A stretch of 63,014 nucleotides of DNA. Source: Bacilli bacterium (GTDB lineage: Bacteria; Bacillota_I; Bacilli_A; RFN20; CAG-826). This document shows positions 1 through 8,220 of this stretch, piece by piece; the first letter of the stretch is position 1, and the number at the start of each line of letters is the position of its first letter. A program made the translations under genes and the position numbers. The notes beneath the pieces are model-generated. The model was not told where the DNA came from. It did no database searches and was given only the letters and a program-made list of their open reading frames with translations. The stretch lies in assembly GCA_017447725.1 (NCBI GenBank), contig JAFSMX010000018.1, forward strand, positions 1 to 63,014, written 5' to 3'.

Positions 1-391
1 GCATTATTGGATTGAATCATCAAAGATGATTAAATATTTTATTCAAAAATTTGAAGGATCACTTTTAAGAGAACTCAATGAAATTGCGAGGACATTCTCT
101 AATTGGTTTGATGAAATTGTAAATGCTTACGCTAAAACATCTCTTGGGTTTTGTATAACAAATGCTGTTGCTGAAGCAAACAACAACACAATCCAAACAT
201 TGATTGATGTTGGCTATGGTTACGGTAATTTTGAACGTTTAAGAAACCGTGTTTTATACATTAACCGCAATATGAAAACCAACCCGGAATAGTCCGAGTT
301 GGCTGTGTTAAACCACATTTAATTTCATATCTCTATGATATGTGATTTTCGGTTAAAACCACAGAAAACCACAATTTACTTCATAGAGCCC
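1..391 (+). mobile_element. Right end of an ISL3-family insertion sequence (element continues off the left edge of the window)
   Basis: Transposase C-terminus at 2-292. The sequence ...cttcatagagcc(c) at ~380-391 has reverse complement GGCTCTATGAAG..., resembling the GGCTCT-type ISL3 terminal inverted repeat. It ends ~20 bp from the stop of the next gene. Confidence 0.6.
2..292 (+). CDS. ISL3-family transposase, C-terminal fragment (5' part outside window)
   Basis: Frame is open from nt 2. TNAVAEANNNTIQTLIDVGYGYGNFERLRNRVLY matches the conserved ISL3 C-terminal block. Confidence 0.75.
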   Translation, partial: HYWIESSKMIKYFIQKFEGSLLRELNEIARTFSNWFDEIVNAYAKTSLGFCITNAVAEANNNTIQTLIDVGYGYGNFERLRNRVLYINRNMKTNPE

Positions 392-412
392 CATAAATTA
401 AGTTAAAATGTG

Positions 413-3400
413 TTAGTCTTCTTTTCTTTTACGAATGAAGAAGTAACCACCAACAGCAGTAACTGAAATCATTGAAACAATAACAATAATTGATACTGTG
501 TTTGAATTACCATCATTAAATAATGATAATGAAGTAATTCTAGTTGATGCAGAAACCGGTCTAACATCGCTCATGAAAGCAGTTTGTCCATGTTTTTGGA
601 TACAAGCTTCATAAGTTGCCATAGCTCTTTCAAGACAATAACTATAATCGTTATCGGTATTGTCTGTATATTGAGCAGATGCATACTTAATTAAGTTCTT
701 TGCATAAGCTTTTTCTTCAGTACTAAGCGAAGAATTATTTGTGATGTTAGATGAGTATGCACTACTAGCAGTTGACCATGCATCAGCAACACCATCTGTA
801 CAATTTGATGTATTGTCAAATGCAGCATTCATAGCTTTTGCAAATGCAACAACAGCTTTTTGTGCAGCTTCATGGCCTGCGACGTTAGCGATATTGGCTG
901 TTCCTGAAGATGTTACATAAGTAACTTTTACGAACAACACATATAACGCTTTTTTCATCGATTCTGTTCTTTCAGATTTAACTTGAATTGCACCTTTTGC
1001 AGAGCCTTCAAATGTATAAGCCGTTGAGGTATTTGTTAAAGACTTAGAAGTATCGAACGCATTACCTCCAACTGTAACACTTAATGTAGCGTTAGCTTGA
1101 GCATCACGAGCGTTCACTTCAATCTTGGTAATTGTCTTATTACCATTTGTTGGAGCAATATCACTATTATCTAATTGAATATAGGTAACAGAAGCAGAGT
1201 TTGTTCCATAGTGAATACCTGCGCCAGAAATCCAGTTAGATTCTGTGCCATCAGATGTAATGGTCCAGGAAGCACCATCATCAGCGGTTCCGCTACCACC
1301 ACAAGCAGCTGTGAACGTTAAATCAGATACAACTGGTTCGCCTTGAATATCAGCATTAACAGCTTGTATTGTTTGTGTAACATCAACAGTTGTGGTTGTT
1401 GGTGAAGCAAATCCACCATATTCAATGCTGAGAGCTTTGCCATCGTCAGAAACATCCCATGTATGTGGAAGAGTAATTACACTTCCACCTAATTTAAGGG
1501 TGTATTCTCCATATAGGAGGCTACCATAATCTCCACTAGCCATGGTGTAATGTACATTCCATGAACTTGCATCAGATACTGTTGTAGTTGCACCACTATA
1601 AACTTTAATCGTTGGAGCAGACCAAGTTAAAGCAGTAACCGAATCAGTAGAAACTGTAACTGTGATGGAATCTAAAGTAGATCCACCATTATAAGAGATG
1701 GATAATGTAGCACTACCGGCTGCGACAAAGTTAACTGTAACTAAGCCTTCACCTTCATCAGCAACAAATTCATCAACTTCAGCAATGGATGAGTTACTTG
1801 ATGTAATAGAAATTAATGATGTATCGCTCATGTTACCATATGTAAATGCGACATCATCACTTTTTCCAACATAACCTGATACAGATTCCGAAGTAAATTC
1901 AGCAGTTGGATCAGCTGTAACAGTTACAACCAAATCAGCATATTTCGTGCTATCAGCAGTCGAACTACATCTTAATGTAATTGTACCTACTGTATCACCG
2001 GCTAATAATCCCGAATCATCAAATAAATAGTCACCGTCTACTGTATTAGCAACGTCTGTCCAAACAACACTTTGATCAGCATTCGAAGGACTTACCGTAA
2101 CACCAACTGATTTGTGATTAAAGACTTCGCCTAATCCTATTTCAGCAGTATTTTCTGAAAGTGTGACACTTGTAACAGCAGCATAGCTGACAGTGATGGT
2201 ATATGTTTTGCTTGCAGAACCATAAGAATCAGAATAAGAAACAGTTATGGTTTTGCTACCAACTGTAGACATATCTGGAGTAGACCAGGTAGCGTTACTA
2301 GTAACAACATCACTTGTAGAATCACTATAGTTGGCTGTAACAACCATACCAGAGTGACTAAATGCATCACCTTTGGTGAATGATGTTGGATATGTACCAC
2401 TTAAAGTAATATTACTTAATACTTTTTGGGCTGCATAGGTAATTGTGAATCCTGAAAGATAAGCACGCTTACCATTAACATCGGTACCTAAAGTGACCGT
2501 TTTCGCTTTAGCAGCAGATACATCATATGTATAATCTGCCCAGCTTCCGGTTAATGATTTGCTAATTGCAGAACCGCCTGATGGCGTAACTGCAAACGTT
2601 GCAGTTGTATCAGATCCGTAATATTTTAAATTACATTTAACGGATGTGATGTAATAGTTACCGCTAATTGTGGCATCAAAAGAACCAGTGGTTCCAGATT
2701 TACCAAATCTAAGTGATGCAGCTTGGTCAGAAGTATTACTATAAACATTCCCTTGGATATTATTTAATGTAACGCCAGATGGTATCACATAAGAAGTGTT
2801 TGAGAAATCGGTAATACCACTTGTACCTTCGGCTGTACCGAAAACAATTTCATATTCAAGAGGTGCCTCGCTAACAGAAACTGTACATGTCATTGTGGCT
2901 GATGGATAGTCATCAGAAGTGACCGTGATATCAACGTCACCCTCTGAAACACCACTAACGACACCGGCGGCTGTAACCGTTGCAATGCTGTCATCATCAG
3001 ATTCCCATGTTACAGCATTGGAATAAATTCCAGTTGCAGTAACTGAAATTAATGAACCTAAATCAACAGTTTTGCCAATATAAACATCCTTGGATGCTGG
3101 TAATCCTGTAATTGTAACAGAAGAAGCAGCAACGCTAACGTTTACAGAAGCTAATTCTGTTGAACCATCATAGAATTTAACAGTCGTAGAACCAGCTCCA
3201 ACAAAGTTGAATTGAACTGTTCCTTCCCCAGCATCATATGATGGAGATCCAACAGTAACAACTGATGTGTTACTTGAAGAAACACTTAGGGAACCGGTCA
3301 AGTTTCCATAAGAGAATGAAATAGATTCATTTTGCCCTGTATAACCACTTGTTGAACTCTTTTCAGGAGTGATAAAAGGACTTGTAGGTTTTTCAATAAA

Positions 3401-4210
3401 TGTTAAATCAACATATGGTGAGGTGTAACCACTTGCACTAGCAGTAACTCGAACTGAACCAGCACCAGTAGCGCTGACAGTAACAGTTTTTCCGCTTGCA
3501 GCACTTAAAGAAGCACCACAAGTATTATTTGATAATGCCCAGCTTGCAGATGTAGCACTTGTTGTTAATGAAATGGTTTCATCTGTATAAGCTTCTTTTG
3601 AAGAAGGGTCGACTGTGATGGTTTGTGGGGTTGCAGATTTTTCATACAACTTAACATTGGTTTTTGATCCTGAAGTCGTTCCATATGAACGCCAGTTAGT
3701 TGTTCCATACAAGGAAATTTGCCTTCCGGTTCCATTTGTATTAATTAAAGTGTATTGACCAGAAGTAGAGGTTTCCGTTACAATCCAAGTTCCGTAAGTA
3801 GGATTAGTACTGTTTGAAGTTGCACTGGCAAGTCCATTATTTGTTGTACCATTTGCTCTTACGAAGCAAGCACCATCTTTAATATAAAAGTGATTGTCTC
3901 CCGCATCGGCAAAAACAAATCCCATATCTGGTCCAGTAGCAGCTGTAAACGATGTAGCAGAATAGCCGCCAGCAGCCGCTGTTGTAGTTCCAGATGAAGT
4001 GGTGTTTTTTGGGTTCATGCTATATGTACCACTAACAGAAACAATTAAATATTCGTTTCCAGCAGTGATAGCACCTGTATGAGCAACCCAAGCTGCAGAA
4101 GCATGAACTGGGGTGGCTTCTTTTTCGCTACTAGCTACAGCAACACCTACACCAGTAGCCATCGCTAGACCAACGCAAAGGGTGGCTACTTTTATAAATA
4201 ATTTGTTCAT
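413..4210 (-). CDS. Large cell-surface protein with Ig-like (Big_2-type) repeats and a C-terminal TM anchor
   Basis: 1265 aa. N-terminal signal or hydrophobic segment and multiple S/T-rich beta-sandwich repeats of the pattern ...VTVSATGAGSVRVTASA. C-terminal helix IIVIVSMISVTAVGGYFFI followed by RKRKED, with no LPXTG. Confidence 0.8.
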   Translation of the reverse strand: MNKLFIKVATLCVGLAMATGVGVAVASSEKEATPVHASAAWVAHTGAITAGNEYLIVSVSGTYSMNPKNTTSSGTTTAAAGGYSATSFTAATGPDMGFVFADAGDNHFYIKDGACFVRANGTTNNGLASATSNSTNPTYGTWIVTETSTSGQYTLINTNGTGRQISLYGTTNWRSYGTTSGSKTNVKLYEKSATPQTITVDPSSKEAYTDETISLTTSATSASWALSNNTCGASLSAASGKTVTVSATGAGSVRVTASASGYTSPYVDLTFIEKPTSPFITPEKSSTSGYTGQNESISFSYGNLTGSLSVSSSNTSVVTVGSPSYDAGEGTVQFNFVGAGSTTVKFYDGSTELASVNVSVAASSVTITGLPASKDVYIGKTVDLGSLISVTATGIYSNAVTWESDDDSIATVTAAGVVSGVSEGDVDITVTSDDYPSATMTCTVSVSEAPLEYEIVFGTAEGTSGITDFSNTSYVIPSGVTLNNIQGNVYSNTSDQAASLRFGKSGTTGSFDATISGNYYITSVKCNLKYYGSDTTATFAVTPSGGSAISKSLTGSWADYTYDVSAAKAKTVTLGTDVNGKRAYLSGFTITYAAQKVLSNITLSGTYPTSFTKGDAFSHSGMVVTANYSDSTSDVVTSNATWSTPDMSTVGSKTITVSYSDSYGSASKTYTITVSYAAVTSVTLSENTAEIGLGEVFNHKSVGVTVSPSNADQSVVWTDVANTVDGDYLFDDSGLLAGDTVGTITLRCSSTADSTKYADLVVTVTADPTAEFTSESVSGYVGKSDDVAFTYGNMSDTSLISITSSNSSIAEVDEFVADEGEGLVTVNFVAAGSATLSISYNGGSTLDSITVTVSTDSVTALTWSAPTIKVYSGATTTVSDASSWNVHYTMASGDYGSLLYGEYTLKLGGSVITLPHTWDVSDDGKALSIEYGGFASPTTTTVDVTQTIQAVNADIQGEPVVSDLTFTAACGGSGTADDGASWTITSDGTESNWISGAGIHYGTNSASVTYIQLDNSDIAPTNGNKTITKIEVNARDAQANATLSVTVGGNAFDTSKSLTNTSTAYTFEGSAKGAIQVKSERTESMKKALYVLFVKVTYVTSSGTANIANVAGHEAAQKAVVAFAKAMNAAFDNTSNCTDGVADAWSTASSAYSSNITNNSSLSTEEKAYAKNLIKYASAQYTDNTDNDYSYCLERAMATYEACIQKHGQTAFMSDVRPVSASTRITSLSLFNDGNSNTVSIIVIVSMISVTAVGGYFFIRKRKED

Positions 4211-4288
4211 ATTTATTTTTTTCTCCTTTCTTTATTCCTCCGAGCGCGTCTTCGATAATTTACACTCGTGAGGTATATGAACAACTGT

Positions 4289-4358
4289 GATCTTTTTCTT
4301 ATTCATCAAATTCTGAGGTTATTCTAAATAACACCTCCAATGAATAAGGAGAAAGATC
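4289..4358 (-). promoter_or_regulatory. Long imperfect hairpin in the 5' leader of the surface-protein gene, carrying an anti-SD-like tract
   Basis: Arms 4289-4305 (gatctttttcttattca) and 4341-4358 (tgaataaggagaaagatc) are reverse complements apart from one mismatch and one bulge. The apex holds the palindrome gttatt-cta-aataac. Confidence 0.45.
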
Positions 4359-4795
4359 TCATTTGTTTTTGCGCCTTGTTCACTAGATTGAACGATAAAG
4401 CAAAAACAAATGTAGTTGTGTCACCACATCTAAGTTGTTCTAAATAACAAGAAAACGTAGTGACTTGTTAGGAGAATCTCTTTAGAGAATATTATGCATC
4501 GATATTCTTATCTATTGATTCTTCTAACTTAGTTCATTGACTTCACTCATCATTTTTTTGACCAGGAACAATTGATTCGTTTCGTCTCTGAACTCGCATG
4601 TATTGTATATGTACGTGTAAGAGAAAACAAGTACACATATATAGGGAGAACAATTTAATACTTAGTATTAGGTATGACAAAAAAATTTTTTAATATCAAA
4701 ATTTCTTTGTTAATTTTTATGTTCCCCCTTTATATATGTGTTTGTGGGTGTTTGTTCTTTATTATTAGGTATGTAGATTTAACACATAAAGAAAA

Positions 4796-4822
4796 GACCC
4801 ATTAGAGAAAGTCTAACGGGTC
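4796..4822 (-). terminator. Rho-independent terminator downstream of the MqsA-like gene (copy 1 of a repeated hairpin)
   Basis: Minus strand reads gacccgttagac-tttc-tctaatgggtc followed by ttttctttat. The stem is 11 bp with one G-U pair. Confidence 0.7.
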
Positions 4823-4842
4823 AATTAAGGAAAGAAGACAAT

Positions 4843-5259
4843 TTACTTCTTTTGATTGAGCTTTTTAATAATCTGGTATGATTCGTCGTTATCGACTAGT
4901 CTTAGTAAAAGATCAAGTGATTTTTCTTGGATTGTCCCGGTTTCATAGCGAGCAATTGTTTTCTCACCAAGTCGAAGGAACCTAGCGAGTTCGACTTGAC
5001 TCATTCCTCTTTTCTTTCTGATGTCTTTGATTTGATCGCTAGTTAGTAGACCAACACGTTTTTTATATCCATCAAACATCTGGAGGTCATTATATCGACC
5101 TAGATTAGATGGGTAGACATCTCCACCACATTTTTTACAGTAGGCGTATTTAAATGTGGTGTCGAAGTCTACTCCATTAATACAGATGTGTTGGGGTTCT
5201 TCTTTAACGATGTATTCTTCTTCGTGGTCACAATACATACAAACTACTTTATTAGACAT
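4843..5259 (-). CDS. mqsA: MqsA-like antitoxin (N-terminal Zn-ribbon plus C-terminal XRE HTH)
   Basis: CxxC...CxxC (CMYCDH...CKKCGG) followed by MSQVELARFLRLGEKTIARYETG. SD aaaggagg lies upstream, and the gene sits 30 bp downstream of the toxin-like gene. Confidence 0.75.
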   Translation of the reverse strand: MSNKVVCMYCDHEEEYIVKEEPQHICINGVDFDTTFKYAYCKKCGGDVYPSNLGRYNDLQMFDGYKKRVGLLTSDQIKDIRKKRGMSQVELARFLRLGEKTIARYETGTIQEKSLDLLLRLVDNDESYQIIKKLNQKK

Positions 5260-5288
5260 ATAGTGTTCCTCCTTTAGTAAGATTCGAA

Positions 5289-5705
5289 TTAGTTATCTTC
5301 ATGAAAACTGATCACAATCACAATTCGACCATGGTTAATGATCTTCACTTTGATATAACAATAGATGTTTTGAACATACTTTTTGAAAACCCATAGAGGG
5401 TGTCTACGATTTGGATGGTCATCAACTAATGGTCCATCATAATAATCAGATTGATTCAATGAGCGAATTTCATTCTTCAGAATTGATTCAGTTAGGCAAT
5501 ATTTGCTTTGAAAAAGAAGATTCTTTCCTCTTTGAACAATCTGAATATTATCTTCTTTGGTGTTTTGTAAGATAAAAAGAAGTTCCTTTAGTGATAAATG
5601 ATCGATATCTAATGATGCATAATCGATTATTTTTTCAGTATCACTTGATACCATTTTATCATCTTCGTTCTCGATTTCAATATCGAGTTCAATGTTATTG
5701 TTCAT
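5289..5705 (-). CDS. mqsR: MqsR-like toxin (RNase family) with an acidic N-terminal extension
   Basis: The C-terminus SDYYDGP...PLWVFKKYVQNIYCYIKVKIINHGRIVIVISFHEDN aligns with E. coli MqsR SDFYKS...IWQDVYRPRLVTGQVYLKITVIHDVLIVSFKEK. Strong SD aaaggaggt. Toxin-first gene order, as in mqsRA. Confidence 0.65.
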   Translation of the reverse strand: MNNNIELDIEIENEDDKMVSSDTEKIIDYASLDIDHLSLKELLFILQNTKEDNIQIVQRGKNLLFQSKYCLTESILKNEIRSLNQSDYYDGPLVDDHPNRRHPLWVFKKYVQNIYCYIKVKIINHGRIVIVISFHEDN

Positions 5706-5874
5706 ACTTCTACCTCCTTTCTTTTAAAAAAAGATGAACAATACATCAAGCTTCTCTATATATATTCTTATTCGATATTTTGATGGTTGATTTTTCATGA
5801 ACTAAAAAGATATTTCAAAGAAATATAAAATTTTTATTTAAGACATTATTTCCTTTATTCCGATAAATAAGAAA

Positions 5875-5901
5875 GACCCATTAGAGAAGGTCTAACGGGT
5901 C
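5875..5901 (-). terminator. Rho-independent terminator downstream of the XRE gene (copy 2 of the repeated hairpin)
   Basis: Same gacccgttagac...tctaatgggtc hairpin followed by tttcttattt on the minus strand. Confidence 0.7.
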
Positions 5902-5968
5902 AATTAAGTGATTAGTTATTAATGAAATTTACAAGTGGTCTACATCATCAACAGTGTAATCACCATCA

Positions 5969-6370
5969 TTATCTCCAACTAATCTTTTCTATTTTGTCAA
6001 ATTTTAAATCATCATTAAATTCATCGATGGCTTGATAATATTTAAGAAATAATCTTTCAATATAAATTCCAATGTTCTCTTCCATAACGCCTATGATATC
6101 TTCGTTAAAAGAAATCCAATTCCCTAAAGCATCGCCAACTTTCCTGTTTGCGGCATCTAGATAATAGAGTTGCCCATTTTTTCCTTTATACATGGAATAT
6201 TCTTTTTTGAAAGATGGTAATGATTTCTCAATGAAGTTCATCACGTATGCTGGAGGTGCACTTTGATTTTGTTCCCATTTCCTTAAAGTGGAAAGAGGGA
6301 TTCCAAACATATCCGCAAACTCGGATTGAGATAAATTTGTTGATGCTCTTAACTCTTTGATATGGTGCAT
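5969..6370 (-). CDS. XRE-family HTH protein with an uncharacterised C-terminal domain
   Basis: NLSQSEFADMFGIPLSTLRKWEQNQSAPP is a typical Cro/C1-type HTH. The C-terminal ~80 aa have no motif I recognise. Confidence 0.75.
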   Translation of the reverse strand: MHHIKELRASTNLSQSEFADMFGIPLSTLRKWEQNQSAPPAYVMNFIEKSLPSFKKEYSMYKGKNGQLYYLDAANRKVGDALGNWISFNEDIIGVMEENIGIYIERLFLKYYQAIDEFNDDLKFDKIEKISWR

Positions 6371-6372
6371 AA

Positions 6373-6428
6373 TATATCCAATTTGGTTACCTTTTCTTAA
6401 ATTATATCCAATTTGGTTATAGTATCAA
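6373..6428 (-). promoter_or_regulatory. Promoter of the XRE gene with two 17-bp direct repeats (putative autoregulatory operators)
   Basis: tatatccaatttggtta occurs at 6373-6389 and 6403-6419. Minus strand reads TTGATA (6423-6428), 16 nt, TATAAT (6401-6406). One repeat covers the -10 and the other covers the SD/start region. Confidence 0.6.
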
Positions 6429-6515
6429 TGTTATTTTATTTATTGCATTTGCAGTTAGCCTAGGACCGATTTGATTTTTCATAATTATCCAAGAATTGCT
6501 GGTGTTTTTGGATAA

Positions 6516-8198
6516 TTAAAGAGATTTCAAATATTCTTCAACATTAATGTAGTCAATGTCGTCAATACGTTTGGACTCTCCTCGATATAAGATCGCTTTT
6601 TTAACGATTGGATAATACGCTCTTTCAAGGATAGATAGTTTTTCTTCATCATGTAAAAAGACGGATTGTCGAGGATGGGTTTCAGTTGAATATTTAACTT
6701 CATAAAGTGATGTTTCTTGTTTTTGATTATCTAACGAAACAAGATCGATTTCTCCGATTGGAAACATCACTTTAAAAGCATCAATACCAGATTGAAGGGT
6801 TTGATAGACAACAATTTCTTCTAACATTCTTCCTTTGATGTCGCTTATTAATTTCTCTTTCAGGAATATGCGAATCTTAATTGGTAGTTCTAAAACCTTT
6901 GGTTGCTTAAATAAAATCTCTAGAAGTGATTTAGCTTGAGAATATCGTAATCCAGGCTGAATAAAGAGTTTTCTTTTTTCAACATAAAATGATGGGATTC
7001 TTACTACATCGATCTCCTTACATAAATCAAGAAGATCGAGATAGGAATCAATTTCACTAAGAACATGTTCATCAACCTTTTGACTTTGTTTTTCTTTGTT
7101 GATGATCGAAAGTTCATTCATCAGCAAAGAAATGACTTTCTTTTCATCAACTTCATCTAATGATGATTGGTATTGTGGATCTGGATGTTTCAAAACAAGA
7201 TTCTTTAAAGATCCATAGTCATGAGATTTAAATGATTGTTCAATGACGGAGATGGCGAATCGATGGTTACTATCTTCAATCAGTCGATTGATGACATTGG
7301 TGAGCTCATGCTTTTCATATAGAGGATAGAGCGCTCCAAAATGGTCACCATCCTGATAATATTTCAAAGAATGTTCAATATTATGTGCAATGGCACTATC
7401 AACATATTCATTCACGCTTTCTATACTAAAAATTTGGTTTTGTTGATATGGTTTTGATTCAATCGACATTAAACCGCCATATTCAATATATTCATCAATC
7501 GAATTTTTATTTAGTACTTCAGAAAATTCTTTAAAAGAAATATATGTTGTATGAATGAAGATGACTCGATCAAAGAGTTCATCATATTTCGACATCATTA
7601 AGCCTAGTGAATCTGTACCAGAGAGAATGATTTTAGCTCGTAACCCGTAAATGTCTGATAATGTCGAGGATAGAGAAATAAAATCCTTAATTAAAGTTAC
7701 TTCATCAATAAAGATGTATTGAAATCCGTGTTCTGTTAGATATGAAAGATCATTCGTTAAAGAACGGAAAGTGTCTTTTGGAGAGATCTTAATATAGGCT
7801 GCTTTTGCATAGTCAGTCAAAGAAAGAGAAGCGAGACTTTGAAAGATCAGTGTTGTCTTACCAGTTCTTCTTAAACCATATAATGCCAGAACTTTTCCAT
7901 AGACATTTTCATCATATAGAAATGATTGAATTGTTTTAAAACAATATCTCTTGTTATAGTTACGAGACTTTTCAAAGAGATAGAAAAGATTCATTCCAAA
8001 TTGAACATCGGTTTCGAATTGGTGATTTTTGAATTCTTCATAATTATCATGCTTACTATATTCGAGTTGGAAAGCTAGTTCATACGCTTTATTTTCACTT
8101 AGTGAGCGATTAACAACTTTACTTCCTTCGCGATACTGGTGAACATAGTACATTTTCCCGTAATTTTTCTTGATAACGATGCTACCTTTTATATCCAT
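6516..8198 (-). CDS. AAA+ ATPase (AAA_14/DUF4143-type, COG1373-like) with a PD-(D/E)xK-like C-terminal module
   Basis: Walker A GLRRTGKTT and Walker B YIFIDEV. C-terminal GEIDLVSL...SLYEVKYS fits an E-x-D...E-x-K nuclease-fold signature. Confidence 0.7.
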   Translation of the reverse strand: MDIKGSIVIKKNYGKMYYVHQYREGSKVVNRSLSENKAYELAFQLEYSKHDNYEEFKNHQFETDVQFGMNLFYLFEKSRNYNKRYCFKTIQSFLYDENVYGKVLALYGLRRTGKTTLIFQSLASLSLTDYAKAAYIKISPKDTFRSLTNDLSYLTEHGFQYIFIDEVTLIKDFISLSSTLSDIYGLRAKIILSGTDSLGLMMSKYDELFDRVIFIHTTYISFKEFSEVLNKNSIDEYIEYGGLMSIESKPYQQNQIFSIESVNEYVDSAIAHNIEHSLKYYQDGDHFGALYPLYEKHELTNVINRLIEDSNHRFAISVIEQSFKSHDYGSLKNLVLKHPDPQYQSSLDEVDEKKVISLLMNELSIINKEKQSQKVDEHVLSEIDSYLDLLDLCKEIDVVRIPSFYVEKRKLFIQPGLRYSQAKSLLEILFKQPKVLELPIKIRIFLKEKLISDIKGRMLEEIVVYQTLQSGIDAFKVMFPIGEIDLVSLDNQKQETSLYEVKYSTETHPRQSVFLHDEEKLSILERAYYPIVKKAILYRGESKRIDDIDYINVEEYLKSL

Positions 8199-8220
8199 TT
8201 TGAGCTTTCTCCTCTCTTCG

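Noticed and set aside
4674-4805. A 43-codon plus-strand ORF (MTKKFFNIKISLLIFMFPLYICVCGCLFFIIRYVDLTHKEKTH) convergent with the MqsA-like gene. It resembles a small hydrophobic type I toxin or membrane peptide.
   Set aside because: There is no properly spaced SD (only agg abutting the ATG). T-rich DNA readily gives hydrophobic pseudo-ORFs, and an open frame of this length is not improbable at this base composition. It would be worth a look only if Ribo-seq shows translation.
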